64,000 nt of DNA from Alphaproteobacteria bacterium (GCA_963667785.2 CAXXMU010000001.1:640001-704000); one strand, 5' to 3'. Positions 42,674 to 52,753 are shown, counted from the first letter of the stretch. Notes: generated by a model not told the origin, from the sequence alone. Made by a program: numbers and translations.

Positions 42674-43576
42674 ATGACCGATCGTCAGTCGCAACTCGCC
42701 GCCCCGCCCGGACGCCGGCGCGTGCTGCTGGGCTCCGCGCTCGTCGCGGCGTCCGGACTGATGTTCGCGCTGGCCGGCATGGGCATCAAGATGGCCGAGG
42801 AGAGCCTCTCCAGCTTCGAGGTCCTCTTCTGGCGCAACGTGCTGAGCCTCGCGATCCTCGCGCCGTGGGTGCTCTGGCACTGGCCGCGCTCGCTGCGTCC
42901 GGCCCATCGCGGCCTCATGGCGATGCGGGGCGTGGCGCTGGTGGCGGCGCTGCTCTGCTACTACCACGCAGTCAGCGTGCTGCCGCTTGCCGAGGCGGTG
43001 CTGCTCAACTTCAGCGCGCCCATCTTCGTGCCCGTCCTGGGTTTCCTGCTGTTCCGATTCGCGCTCGACGGCAGGGTGCTGGCGGCGGTGCTGATCGGCT
43101 TCGCGGGCGTCGCCCTGATCCTGAAGCCCGGAACCGAGTTCTTTCAGCCCGCAGCCCTGATTGGGGCTGCCTCCGGCGTGCTCGGCGGGCTGTCCGCCGT
43201 CGCCATCTGGAAGATGCCGACCGAGGAGAATCCGATCCGCATCGCCGTCTACTTCGCCCTGATCGGCATTCTCGTCACGCTCGCGCCGGTGCTGATGAAC
43301 CCGACCGTGCCCCCTGCGGAGGCCTGGCCCGGGCTGGTCATGCTGGGCGTCTTCTCCACCGCCGCGCACGTCCTCTTCGCGAAGGGCAGCCTCATCGCGC
43401 CGACCGACCGGGTCGGCACCTTCATCTACACGTCGGTGCTGTTCGCCGCCCTGTTCGGCTGGCTGTTCTGGGACGAGGGCCTGGACTGGCTCATGGCAGG
43501 CGGTGCGGTGCTGATCGTCGCAGCCGGCGTGATCGCCATCCGCGCCGGCCGACCCGGACGGGAAAACGTTTCCTGA
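42674..43576 (+). CDS. DMT/EamA family transporter
   Basis: About 10 hydrophobic helices, two EamA repeats. Confidence 0.87.
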   Translation: MTDRQSQLAAPPGRRRVLLGSALVAASGLMFALAGMGIKMAEESLSSFEVLFWRNVLSLAILAPWVLWHWPRSLRPAHRGLMAMRGVALVAALLCYYHAVSVLPLAEAVLLNFSAPIFVPVLGFLLFRFALDGRVLAAVLIGFAGVALILKPGTEFFQPAALIGAASGVLGGLSAVAIWKMPTEENPIRIAVYFALIGILVTLAPVLMNPTVPPAEAWPGLVMLGVFSTAAHVLFAKGSLIAPTDRVGTFIYTSVLFAALFGWLFWDEGLDWLMAGGAVLIVAAGVIAIRAGRPGRENVS

Positions 43577-43609
43577 GGTGCGTACCGGCGAGGGGCGGGC
43601 GCGCCGGCC

Positions 43610-44347
43610 TCAGATCATCGCCATGCCGCCGTTGACGTGGAGCGTCTGCCCGGTGACGTAGCGGGCCTCCTCGCTCGCCAGATAGACGCACGCGGCGGCG
43701 ACGTCGCCCCCTTCGCCGAAGCGGCCGGCGGGAATTGCGCCGAGCAGCGTCTCCTTCTGGGCATCCGGCAGTGCGTCGGTCATCGCCGTCTCGATGAACC
43801 CCGGAGCGACGCAGTTGGCGGTGACCCCGCGCGCCGCCGCCTCCGCCGCGAGCGCCTTCACCATCCCTGCGAGGCCGGCCTTGGAGGCGGCGTAGTTGGC
43901 CTGGCCGGCATTGCCGGTCGTGCCCACCACCGAGGTGATGAAGATGAGCCGCCCCCAGCGCTGGCGGATCATGCCGCGCAGGCAGGCGCGCGCCAGCACA
44001 AAGCCCGCGCTGAGATTGACTTCCAGGACCTCCTGCCAGTCCTCGTCCTTCATCCTGAGGGCGAGGCCGTCGCGGGTGATGCCGCCGCAATGCACCAGGA
44101 TGGCGGGCGCGCCCAGCGCGTCCGCCGCCCGCTCGGGCAGCGCCGCGAGCGCATCGCGGTCGGCAAGATCGCAGGGCAGCGCGCACGCCCCCTCGCCGAG
44201 CCGCCCGGCGAGCCCCTCCAGCGCATCCGCCCGTCGGCCCGAGAGCGCCACGGCCGCACCCTGGCTGTGCAGGGCCTCGGCGATGGCGCCGCCGATGCCG
44301 CCCGAGGCGCCCGTTACCAGCGCTACCTTTCCCGACAGATCGAACAT
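43610..44347 (-). CDS. fabG: 3-oxoacyl-ACP reductase
   Basis: TGASGGIG, GQANYAASKAG, GQTLHVNGGM. Confidence 0.96.
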   Translation of the reverse strand: MFDLSGKVALVTGASGGIGGAIAEALHSQGAAVALSGRRADALEGLAGRLGEGACALPCDLADRDALAALPERAADALGAPAILVHCGGITRDGLALRMKDEDWQEVLEVNLSAGFVLARACLRGMIRQRWGRLIFITSVVGTTGNAGQANYAASKAGLAGMVKALAAEAAARGVTANCVAPGFIETAMTDALPDAQKETLLGAIPAGRFGEGGDVAAACVYLASEEARYVTGQTLHVNGGMAMI

Positions 44348-44382
44348 CCCTCGCCGCTCCCCGCTCTTGCCGTCCGCTGCCT

Positions 44383-45327
44383 CTAAGCCGCCTGTTCCAG
44401 CAAAGCCTCGACCTCCGCGACCGTGCCGACCGAAGAGGCGCCGAGCCCCCGGTCGATACGCCGTGCTAGGCCGCTGAGCACCTTCCCGGCGCCGACCTCG
44501 ATCAGCGTGTCCGCGCCGTCTTCCGCCATGTTCAGCACGCTCTCTCGCCAGCGCACCATCGCCGTCACCTGGCGCACGAGCAATGCCGGCACCTCGGCGG
44601 CGTCCGTCACCGGCCGGGCGGTGACGTTGGCGACAACCGGCACCGCGAGCGGCATGAACTCGACCTCCCGGAACGCCGCCGCCATGGTCTCTGCCGCAGG
44701 CGCCAGCAGCGGCGAGTGGAAGGGGGCGCTGACCGGCAGCATGACGGCGCGCCGCACGCCGTGGTCCGGAGCCAGCGCGACCGCGCGCTCCACGGCCGAG
44801 GCCGTGCCGCTGATCACGACCTGCCCCGGCGCGTTGTCGTTGCCGATCACGCAGACCTCGCCTTCGGCAGCCGCCCCGGCGATCGCCTCGGCCTGGGCGA
44901 GATCGGCACCGAGCAGCGCGGCCATGGCGCCGGCGCCGACCGGCACGGCCCGCTGCATCGCCTCGCCGCGCAGGCGCAGCAGGCGCGCCGCGTCGCCGAG
45001 CGCGAGGCAGCCGGCGGCGGCGAGCGCCGTGTACTCGCCCAGCGAGTGGCCGGCGACGAAGGCGGCCTTCTCGTCGAGGCGCCAGCGGCCCTCGGCCTCA
45101 AGCGCGCCAATGGCCGCAAGCGAGACCGCCATGAGCGCCGGCTGCGCGTTCCTGGTCAGCGTGAGCTCGTCTTCGTCGCCCTCGAACATGAGCCGCGAGA
45201 GGGGCTCGCCGAGGGCGTCGTCGACCTCCTCGAACACGGCGCGGGATGCCGGGAACGCGTCGTGAAGGTCGCGGCCCATGCCGACCGCCTGGGAGCCCTG
45301 TCCGGGAAAGACGATGGCTGTCTTCAT
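44383..45327 (-). CDS. fabD: Malonyl-CoA:ACP transacylase
   Basis: FPGQGSQ, GHSLGEY, SAPFHS. Confidence 0.97.
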   Translation of the reverse strand: MKTAIVFPGQGSQAVGMGRDLHDAFPASRAVFEEVDDALGEPLSRLMFEGDEDELTLTRNAQPALMAVSLAAIGALEAEGRWRLDEKAAFVAGHSLGEYTALAAAGCLALGDAARLLRLRGEAMQRAVPVGAGAMAALLGADLAQAEAIAGAAAEGEVCVIGNDNAPGQVVISGTASAVERAVALAPDHGVRRAVMLPVSAPFHSPLLAPAAETMAAAFREVEFMPLAVPVVANVTARPVTDAAEVPALLVRQVTAMVRWRESVLNMAEDGADTLIEVGAGKVLSGLARRIDRGLGASSVGTVAEVEALLEQAA

Positions 45328-45464
45328 CCGAGAGACCGTCGCGCGTCCGAGAGATGTCCGCGTGCGCGGCGCTACTCACCATGCGGCCCGGCACCTGTCA
45401 AGCGAGGCCGCTTCGAGGTCGTCTCCTGCATCGCGTCTTGGCGGCGGGGTTCCCGGCGGGCGTC

Positions 45465-45492
45465 TTGCGCGGCGGGAGCGATGATGTATAGT
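45465..45492 (+). promoter_or_regulatory. Sigma70-type promoter of rpsF-rpsR-rplI
   Basis: TTGCGC-N16-TATAGT. Confidence 0.55.
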
Positions 45493-45578
45493 CCGCCGCC
45501 TGGGTCCGCCGCCCCGCCGCGCTGCAGGGCGGGCGGGCTGTCACGCGCCGCGACCGATACTCAGGAGAACAGCGCCGC

Positions 45579-46139
45579 ATGCCGCTCTACGAGAGCACCT
45601 TCATCGCGCGCCCAGATATCTCGTCCCAGCAGGTGGACGGCCTTGCCGAGCAGTTCCGCGAGATTCTCACGGACGCCGGCGGCGCCGTCGCCAAGACCGA
45701 GTATTGGGGGCTGCGCAGCCTGGCCTACCGCATCAAGAAGAACCGCAAGGGCCACTATTACTTCATGAACATCGATGCGCCGGCGGACGCGATCGCCGCG
45801 ATGGAGCGCACGATGCGCATCAACGAGGATGTGATCCGCTACCTGACAGTGCGGGTGGAGGAGCACGATCCCAACCCGGCGCCGCTGACCCAGTCGCGCG
45901 GACGCGGACGCGACGGGCGCTCCGGCCGCGGCGGCAGGTGGGAAAGCCGCGGCGGCGAGGGCCGGCGCCGCGACGATGATGGCGAGCGCGGCGACCGCGG
46001 CGAGCGCGGTGAGCAGGGCCGCGAGCGGCGCGACGCTAAGCCGCAGGACGCCGCCGCGCCGGCGGACGCAGCGAGCGCTGCCGGCGAGGGCTCGTCCGGC
46101 AGTGGCGAAGGCGGCGGCGAGGAGAAGAGCGATGGTTGA
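45579..46139 (+). CDS. rpsF: 30S ribosomal protein S6 (long C-terminal tail)
   Basis: [23 protein letters not shown]. Confidence 0.96.
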   Translation: MPLYESTFIARPDISSQQVDGLAEQFREILTDAGGAVAKTEYWGLRSLAYRIKKNRKGHYYFMNIDAPADAIAAMERTMRINEDVIRYLTVRVEEHDPNPAPLTQSRGRGRDGRSGRGGRWESRGGEGRRRDDDGERGDRGERGEQGRERRDAKPQDAAAPADAASAAGEGSSGSGEGGGEEKSDG

Positions 46140-46515
46140 GGGCGAACGGACCGAGGGCGCCGCACAGCCCGCCGGCGAAGGCCGGCCGCCACCGCCTGGC
46201 GGCGCGCGCGGCCGGCCGCCGCACGGCGCCCCGCGCCACGGCGGCCCCGGCGGCGGCCGCGGCGGCGGTGGCGTGCCCGTGGTGTCGTTCCCCAGGCGGC
46301 CCTTCTTCCGGCGCAAGAAGTCGTGTCCGTTCAGCGGGCCCAACGCGCCGAAGATCGACTATCGTGACGTCAAGCTCCTCCAGCGCTTCCTCTCCGAGCG
46401 CGGGAAGATCGTGCCGAGCCGCATCACCGCGGTGTCGGCCAAGAAGCAACGGGAGCTCGCGCGGGCGATCAAGCGCGCGCGCCATCTGGCGCTTCTGCCC
46501 TACGTCATCAAGTAG
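46132..46515 (+). CDS. rpsR: 30S ribosomal protein S18
   Basis: [33 protein letters not shown] at 46132 follows GGAG and overlaps the rpsF end; start uncertain. Confidence 0.95.
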   Translation: MVEGERTEGAAQPAGEGRPPPPGGARGRPPHGAPRHGGPGGGRGGGGVPVVSFPRRPFFRRKKSCPFSGPNAPKIDYRDVKLLQRFLSERGKIVPSRITAVSAKKQRELARAIKRARHLALLPYVIK

Positions 46516-46585
46516 CATCGGCTAGCCGGACCTCGCCCAGCGCCAGCGGCGCGGCCGGGCGATCCGCCAAGCGGGGAACAGGGGC

Positions 46586-47275
46586 ATGGAAGTCATCTTG
46601 CTCGAGAGGATCGAGAAGCTCGGCGGGATGGGCGACGTCGTCGGGGTGAAGGACGGCTACGCCCGCAACTTCCTGCTGCCGCGCAAGAAGGCCCTTCGCG
46701 CCACGCCCGAGAACATGGAGCGCTTCGAGCGGGAGCGCGAGGCGCTGGAGAGGCTGAACGGCGACCGGCGCGACGCGGCGCGCTCGGCGGCAACCCGGCT
46801 GGAGGGCGAGAGCATCATCCTCATCCGCCAGGCGAGCGACACGCTCCAGCTCTATGGCTCGGTCAGCGCGCGCGACATCGCCGAGGAGATGAGCGGGCGC
46901 GGTGCCGAGGTCAGGCGCCAGCAGGTGCGCCTCGACCGCCCGATCAAGGCGCTCGGCGTTCACGAGGTGCGGATCGCGCTGCACCCGGAGGTGACGGTGA
47001 TCGTCAAGGTCAACGTCGCGCGCTCGCCGGAGGAGGCCGAGATCCAGGCCCGTGGCGGCACCATCCTCGACGACGTCGACGACGAGGCGGATGAGGCTGC
47101 CGACGAGGCTGCGGATGCCGGCGAAGGCGGCGAGCCGTCTGCGGCGGTGGCGAGCGAGGGCGATGACGCCCCGGAGGCGGAAGCCGCGGCCGACGAGGCC
47201 GAGGCCGGGCCCGAGGACGAGAGCGGGCCTGAGAGCGAAAGCGCCCCCGAGGACGAAGGCGCCCCCCGCGACTAG
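46586..47275 (+). CDS. rplI: 50S ribosomal protein L9 (acidic tail)
   Basis: MEVILLE, VKDGYARNFLLP, LYGSV, LHPEV. Confidence 0.97.
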   Translation: MEVILLERIEKLGGMGDVVGVKDGYARNFLLPRKKALRATPENMERFEREREALERLNGDRRDAARSAATRLEGESIILIRQASDTLQLYGSVSARDIAEEMSGRGAEVRRQQVRLDRPIKALGVHEVRIALHPEVTVIVKVNVARSPEEAEIQARGGTILDDVDDEADEAADEAADAGEGGEPSAAVASEGDDAPEAEAAADEAEAGPEDESGPESESAPEDEGAPRD

Positions 47276-47299
47276 GAAGGAAGCCCCGGACGACACGCC

Positions 47300-48514
47300 G
47301 TGCTGGTCGCGCCCCTTCTGCGGACACTGATGAAGCGGGGCTCGCTCCGCGTGGTGGACGCGCGCGGCAAGCTCCATACGTTCTCTGGCGAGCCGGGGCC
47401 GACGGTCACCATCCGACTGCACGATCGCTCGCTGCACTGGAAGCTGCTCTTGAACCCGCGTCTCGCGGTCGGCGAGGCCTACATGGACGGCACGCTGACG
47501 CTGGAAGACGACGCGACCGTGCGCGACTTCCTGCACCTGGTCGGCGCCAACATCCACCTGCTCGACGAGAACACCGTCATCAAGGCGCGCAACTGGCTCG
47601 CGCAGTGGGTTCGCCCGCTCCAGCAGCACAACCCCATCGGCCGCGCGCGGCAGAACGTGGCCCACCACTACGACCTGTCGGACGATCTCTACGACCTCTT
47701 CCTCGACCCGGACAGGCAGTACTCCTGCGCCTATTTCGACACCCCCAACCACACGCTGGAGCAGGCCCAGCACGCCAAGAAGCGGCATCTCGCGTCCAAG
47801 CTCCTGCTCGAGCGACCGGGGCTCTCCGTGCTCGACATCGGCTCGGGCTGGGGCGGGCTCGGCATCTATCTTCACCAGGAGACCGGCGCGAGCGTGACCG
47901 GGCTCACGTTGTCGCGCGAGCAGCAGGCCTACGCCACCGAGCGCGCGAAGACGCTCGGCATCGAGGAGCAGGTCGCCTTTCACCTCCGCGACTATCGCCA
48001 GGACACGGGCAGCTATGACCGGATCGTCTCGGTTGGCATGTTCGAGCACGTGGGCGTCAAGCACTATCCCGAGTTCTTCCGCAAGGTGGAACGGCTCCTG
48101 AAGGAGGACGGCGTCGCGCTCCTCCACACCATCGCCCGCTGGGACGGCCCGAGCGTCACCAATCCGTGGCTGCGCAAGTACATCTTTCCGGGCGGCTATT
48201 GCCCCTCGCTCTCCGAGGTGTTCGCCGCCATCGAGCAGACCGGCCTCAAGTCGCTGGACGTCGAGCTGCTCCGCCTCCACTACGCCGACACGCTCAAGCA
48301 CTGGTCGCGCAACTTCGCCGCGAGCCGCGAGCGGGTGAAGGCGATCTACGACGAGCGCTTCTGCCGGATGTGGGAGTTCTACCTCGCCGGGGCCGAGGCG
48401 GCGTTCCGCCATCAGGACCACATGGTGGCCCAGATCCAGCTCGCCCGGCGCCAGGACGCGGCCCCGCTCACCCGCGACTACATGGTGGACTGGGAGCGCG
48501 CCCACCCGGCCTGA
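47300..48514 (+). CDS. cfa: Cyclopropane-fatty-acyl-phospholipid synthase family methyltransferase
   Basis: HHYDLS, QYSCAYF, LDIGSGWGG, VSVGMFEHVG, YIFPGG, RMWEFYL. Confidence 0.9.
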   Translation: MLVAPLLRTLMKRGSLRVVDARGKLHTFSGEPGPTVTIRLHDRSLHWKLLLNPRLAVGEAYMDGTLTLEDDATVRDFLHLVGANIHLLDENTVIKARNWLAQWVRPLQQHNPIGRARQNVAHHYDLSDDLYDLFLDPDRQYSCAYFDTPNHTLEQAQHAKKRHLASKLLLERPGLSVLDIGSGWGGLGIYLHQETGASVTGLTLSREQQAYATERAKTLGIEEQVAFHLRDYRQDTGSYDRIVSVGMFEHVGVKHYPEFFRKVERLLKEDGVALLHTIARWDGPSVTNPWLRKYIFPGGYCPSLSEVFAAIEQTGLKSLDVELLRLHYADTLKHWSRNFAASRERVKAIYDERFCRMWEFYLAGAEAAFRHQDHMVAQIQLARRQDAAPLTRDYMVDWERAHPA

Positions 48515-48534
48515 GCGCGCCGGGCTTTCGGCGG

Positions 48535-48727
48535 TTCTTCACATCCGCGCTGCGCCGCCGATCGGCGCCCTGCACCGGGAAGCGCCCGCTTCCCCCGCAT
48601 TCCACGGGGTGTGGAAAAACCCTTTCCCCGCTTTCCCCACGTCCCCCGCCTTTCACCGTTTTCGACATCCCGAGTGGCGGCACGGCGCTCGGGTCCGTGT
48701 TCTCCCCGGTATCCCCGCGTTCCCCCG
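48535..48727. promoter_or_regulatory. Cluster of DnaA-box-like 9-mers upstream of dnaB
   Basis: Consensus TTTTCCACA (minus strand, 48610-48618), TTCTTCACA (48535) and several degenerate nTwTCCCCr-type 9-mers. Confidence 0.45.
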
Positions 48728-48773
48728 CGTTCCAGGCGTGGAGCGAACGGTTGCACGCGTGTATATCGAGGGC

Positions 48774-50273
48774 ATGGCCACGCGCGTCCCCCTCGAGGAA
48801 GCAACGACCGAGACGCCGGGCTATCGCTCCCCGCCGAGCAATCTCGAAGCCGAGCAGGCGCTTCTCGGCGCCCTGCTGGTGAACAACGAAGCCGCCAGCC
48901 TGGTCAGCGCCTTCCTGCTGGCGGAGCATTTCCTGCTGCCGGTGCACGGTCGCATCTACGACGCGGTCCTCCGCATGATCGAACGCGGGCAGATCGCCAA
49001 CCCGGTGACGCTGAAGCATTTCTTCGAGCGTGACGAGGCGCTGGAGGAAGCCGGCGGCGGCCAGTACCTGGCGCGGCTCGCGGCGTCCGCCGTGACCGTG
49101 ATCAACGCCGAGCACTACGGGCGCGCCATCCACGATCTCGCGCTGCGGCGCGCGCTGGTCGGCATCGGCGAGGACGTGGTGAACGAGGCTTACGACGGGC
49201 CGCCGGACCAGCCGGCGTCCGAGCAGATCGAGGAGGCCGAGCACAAGCTCTACCAGCTCTCCGAGGAGGGCAGGGTCGACCCCGGCGGGCAGGACTTCGC
49301 GTCGCCGCTCGCCAGCGCCGTCGAGATGATCGAGCGGGCCTACAAGCGGGACACCCATCTGACCGGCGCGCCGACCGGCTTCAACGATCTCGACCGCCTG
49401 CTGGGCGGGCTGCATCCATCCGACCTCGTCATCCTGGCCGGCCGCCCCGGCATGGGGAAGACGGCGCTCGCCACCAACATCGCCTTCAACGCCGCCTCGC
49501 GCTTCCACAAGGGCAGCGACGGGCCGGACGGCAAGCGGCCGGGCGACGGCGCGAGGGTCGCCTTCTTCTCGCTCGAAATGTCGGCCGAGCAGCTCGCGAC
49601 CCGCATTCTCGCCGAGCAGACCGGCATCCCGTCCGACAAGCTCAGGCGCGGCGAGGTGCGCGACGCGGACTTCGGCGAGATCGTCAAGGCCAGCCGGGAG
49701 ATGGAGGTGCTGCCGCTCTTCATCGACGATTCGCCGGCGCTCACCATCGCCGGCCTGCGCGCCCGCGCCCGCCGACTGAAGCGCCGTCACGGCATCTCGC
49801 TGATCGTCGTCGACTACCTGCAGCTCATGCGGCCGACCACGAGCATGCGCCTCAACAACCGGGTGCAGGAGGTATCGGAGATCACCCAGGGCCTCAAGGC
49901 GCTGGCCAAGGACCTGAACCTGCCCGTGCTGGCGCTCTCGCAGCTCAGCCGCGCCGTGGAGAGCCGGGACGACAAGCGGCCGCAGCTCGCCGACCTGCGC
50001 GAATCCGGCTCGATCGAGCAGGATGCGGACGTGGTCATGTTCATCTACCGCGAGCAGTACTATCTCGAGCGTCGGGAGCCTGCCGTGGACAACGCCACCG
50101 ACCATGCCGAGTGGCAGGAGAAGATGGAGAAGGTCCACAACAAGGCGGAGATCATCATCGCCAAGCAGCGCCACGGCCCCACCGGCAAGGTGGACCTCTA
50201 CTTCAACGCCCTGCTGACCAAGTTCGACAATCTCGACTCCGTCCACACCTCAGACGAGGCCCCCCCGTTCTAG
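48774..50273 (+). CDS. dnaB: Replicative DNA helicase
   Basis: AGRPGMGKT, FSLEM, VDYLQL, LSQLSR, DLRESGSIEQDAD, KQRHGP. Confidence 0.98.
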   Translation: MATRVPLEEATTETPGYRSPPSNLEAEQALLGALLVNNEAASLVSAFLLAEHFLLPVHGRIYDAVLRMIERGQIANPVTLKHFFERDEALEEAGGGQYLARLAASAVTVINAEHYGRAIHDLALRRALVGIGEDVVNEAYDGPPDQPASEQIEEAEHKLYQLSEEGRVDPGGQDFASPLASAVEMIERAYKRDTHLTGAPTGFNDLDRLLGGLHPSDLVILAGRPGMGKTALATNIAFNAASRFHKGSDGPDGKRPGDGARVAFFSLEMSAEQLATRILAEQTGIPSDKLRRGEVRDADFGEIVKASREMEVLPLFIDDSPALTIAGLRARARRLKRRHGISLIVVDYLQLMRPTTSMRLNNRVQEVSEITQGLKALAKDLNLPVLALSQLSRAVESRDDKRPQLADLRESGSIEQDADVVMFIYREQYYLERREPAVDNATDHAEWQEKMEKVHNKAEIIIAKQRHGPTGKVDLYFNALLTKFDNLDSVHTSDEAPPF

Positions 50274-50300
50274 GCGCCGCGGGCGCTTGCGCGCGGGAAT

Positions 50301-50333
50301 GTTCTTGTAATGTTCTCGTCGACGGCGTAGCCT
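50301..50333 (+). promoter_or_regulatory. Alphaproteobacterial LexA (SOS) box overlapping a promoter
   Basis: GTTC-TTGTAAT-GTTC (50301-50315); -35 TTGTAA (50305) N17 -10 TAGCCT (50328). Confidence 0.75.
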
Positions 50334-50339
50334 GCGAGG

Positions 50340-51404
50340 ATGAAGGACGCGCGCAAGGGGCGCGGGGCAGCGAGCAACCGGAGCGGGCGCTACGAGCGCC
50401 ACCGGCACGAGGCGTTCGACGACGGCTGGGGCACCATCGACGAGGAGCCGGCACCGCTCGGGACCGAGGTGCGCCCGGACGCGAGCCGCACGGTGATCGC
50501 GCGCAACGCCTCGCCCGACCTCGGCTTCGACCGCTCCATCAACGTCTATCGCGGCTGCGAGCACGGCTGCGTCTATTGCTACGCCCGCCCCACCCACGCC
50601 TTTCTCGGCCTGTCGCCCGGCCAGGACTTCGAGAGCCGAATCTTCGCCAAGCACGATGCCCCCGCCCAGCTCGAACGCGAGCTCGCCCGCCCGGGCTACG
50701 CCTGCCGCATGATCGCCATGGGCACCAACACCGACCCCTACCAGCCGACCGAGCGGCGCCTCGCGCTCACGCGGGGGGTGCTCGAGGTGCTGGAGCGCTG
50801 CGAGCATCCCGTCGGCATCGTCACCAAGTCGGCGCTGGTCGTGCGCGACGCCGACATCCTCTCCCGCATGGCCCGGCGCCGGCTGGCCACCGTGTCGCTC
50901 TCGGTCACGACGCTGGACCGCGATCTCGCCCGCACCATGGAGCCGCGCGCCTCGACCCCGGCCAAGCGGCTGGAAGCGATGAAGGCGCTCGGCGCGGCGG
51001 GCGTGCCGGTGGGGGTGATGGTGGCGCCCATCGTGCCGGGCCTCACCGACCACGAGATGGAGGGGATCCTGGAGGCCGCGCATGCGGCGGGCGCGGGCCG
51101 CGCGGGCTATGTCCTGCTGCGGCTGCCGCGCGAGGTGCGGGAGCTCTTTCTGGAGTGGCTCTCCGTCCATGCGCCGAACAGGGCCGGGCGCGTCGTCTCG
51201 CTGCTGCAGGGGATGCGCGACGGCGCGCTCAACGACCCGCACTTCGACTCCCGCATGACAGGCAAGGGGCCCTATGCCGCATTGCTGGCCGCGCGTTTCG
51301 CCAGGGCGACGCAGCGGCTCGGCCTCGCGCGCCGCGGGCCCGGCCTCGATACCGAGCGCTTCCGCCCGCCCTCGCGCGATCCGGCCCAGCTCGCTCTCCT
51401 CTGA
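50340..51404 (+). CDS. PA0069/Rv2578c-family radical SAM protein (SplB-like)
   Basis: RGCEHGCVYCYARP CxxxCxxC, GTNTDPYQP, C-terminal QLALL clamp-binding-like motif. Confidence 0.9.
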   Translation: MKDARKGRGAASNRSGRYERHRHEAFDDGWGTIDEEPAPLGTEVRPDASRTVIARNASPDLGFDRSINVYRGCEHGCVYCYARPTHAFLGLSPGQDFESRIFAKHDAPAQLERELARPGYACRMIAMGTNTDPYQPTERRLALTRGVLEVLERCEHPVGIVTKSALVVRDADILSRMARRRLATVSLSVTTLDRDLARTMEPRASTPAKRLEAMKALGAAGVPVGVMVAPIVPGLTDHEMEGILEAAHAAGAGRAGYVLLRLPREVRELFLEWLSVHAPNRAGRVVSLLQGMRDGALNDPHFDSRMTGKGPYAALLAARFARATQRLGLARRGPGLDTERFRPPSRDPAQLALL

Positions 51405-51428
51405 CCGGCGCCCGTGCTAGAAGGCGCC

Positions 51429-52079
51429 ATGGCAGGGAGGCGCGCGCCGCGGGCACGGCCCGATCTTTCGCTGGAAGCTGCGGTGGGCGTGCGCGTGGCC
51501 GGGGTCGACGAGGCCGGCCGCGGCCCCTGGGCCGGGCCCGTGGTGGCGGCCGCGGTGGTCTTCGCGGCGGACGGCCCGCCGCCGTCGCTGAGGGTCGCCG
51601 TCACCGATTCGAAGCTGCTGACGGCGGAGCGCCGCGCCGCCCTTCATCCGGCGATCCTGGCCTGCGCCGATGCCGCCACGGGCCTCGCCAGCGTCGCCGA
51701 GATCGACGCCATGAACATCCTCCAGGCCACCCTGCTCGCCATGCGCCGCGCGGTCGCCCGGCTGGCGGAGACGCCCGACGCCGTGCTGGTCGACGGCAAC
51801 CGGGTTCCGCGCCTGCCCTGCCCGGCACGGGCGGTGGTGGGCGGCGACCGGCTGAGCCTCTCGATCGCCGCCGCTTCCATCGTCGCCAAGGTCACGCGCG
51901 ACCGGCTGATGGCGGAGCTCGCGGCGCACCACCCGGGCTATGGCTGGGAGCGCAACGCGGGCTACGGCACGGCGGAGCACCGGGCCGGCCTCGCGCGCCT
52001 CGGGCCCTGCGCGCACCACCGGCGCTCCTTCCGCCCGATCCGGGCGCTGGTCGACGGGGCGGCGAAGGCATCTCCGTGA
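51429..52079 (+). CDS. rnhB: Ribonuclease HII
   Basis: [39 protein letters not shown]. Confidence 0.96.
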   Translation: MAGRRAPRARPDLSLEAAVGVRVAGVDEAGRGPWAGPVVAAAVVFAADGPPPSLRVAVTDSKLLTAERRAALHPAILACADAATGLASVAEIDAMNILQATLLAMRRAVARLAETPDAVLVDGNRVPRLPCPARAVVGGDRLSLSIAAASIVAKVTRDRLMAELAAHHPGYGWERNAGYGTAEHRAGLARLGPCAHHRRSFRPIRALVDGAAKASP

Positions 52080-52615
52080 GCAGGGCGCGCGCCGACGACC
52101 TCGTCGTCCGCCCGCCGGGCACGCTCCGCTGGCGCGGGCGCCGCTTCGCCTGCGCGATCGGCTGGGGCGGGGTACGCGCGGACAAGCGCGAGGGCGACGG
52201 CGCGACGCCAGCCGGCCGCTTCCCGCTGCGCCGCGTCCTCTACCGGCCGGACCGCCTGGCCCCGCCCCGTACCGCGCTCCCCATCGCGCCGCTCGGCCCG
52301 CAGGACGGCTGGTGCGACGATCCCGGCCACCCCCTCTACAACCGGCCGCTCGGCCTGCCCCATGCGGCCCGCCACGAGGCGCTGTGGCGCGAGGATCACG
52401 TCTACGACCTGATCGTCATCCTCGGCCACAACGACGACCCCGTCGTGCCGGGCATGGGCAGCGCGATCTTCCTGCACGTGGCCGGGCCGGACTATGCGCC
52501 GACCGCCGGCTGCGTCGCGATGGCACAGGGCGATCTGCTGACGATCCTGGCCGGCATCGGCCCGCGGGCCTGGCTCCGCGTGCCGCCAGCACCAGGTGCG
52601 ACGCGCTTGAGCTAG
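52076..52615 (+). CDS. L,D-transpeptidase family protein
   Basis: [22 protein letters not shown]...TAGCVA; GTG start overlaps the rnhB stop; C-terminal part of ORF 50111..52615. Confidence 0.88.
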   Translation: MSRARADDLVVRPPGTLRWRGRRFACAIGWGGVRADKREGDGATPAGRFPLRRVLYRPDRLAPPRTALPIAPLGPQDGWCDDPGHPLYNRPLGLPHAARHEALWREDHVYDLIVILGHNDDPVVPGMGSAIFLHVAGPDYAPTAGCVAMAQGDLLTILAGIGPRAWLRVPPAPGATRLS

Positions 52616-52680
52616 AGCGAGGCTGTCCTAGACGGACTCGCGACAGGCCGCGACCGCGGCCCGCCGCTTATGCGGGGCGC

Positions 52681-52716
52681 CCGCATCGTGCGCTCCGCGC
52701 GCGTGGACGCGCGACG
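52681..52716 (+). repeat. 36-bp intergenic repeat shared with the MITE interior
   Basis: Exact reverse complement of 61715-61750. Confidence 0.85.
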
Positions 52717-52753
52717 GCGCCGGCTGAAGGCCGGCTGCCGTGAGCGACAAAGA

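Noticed and set aside
48515-48773. Chromosomal origin oriC
   Set aside because: No AT-rich unwinding element and none of the usual origin-flanking genes; kept only as a DnaA-box-like cluster.
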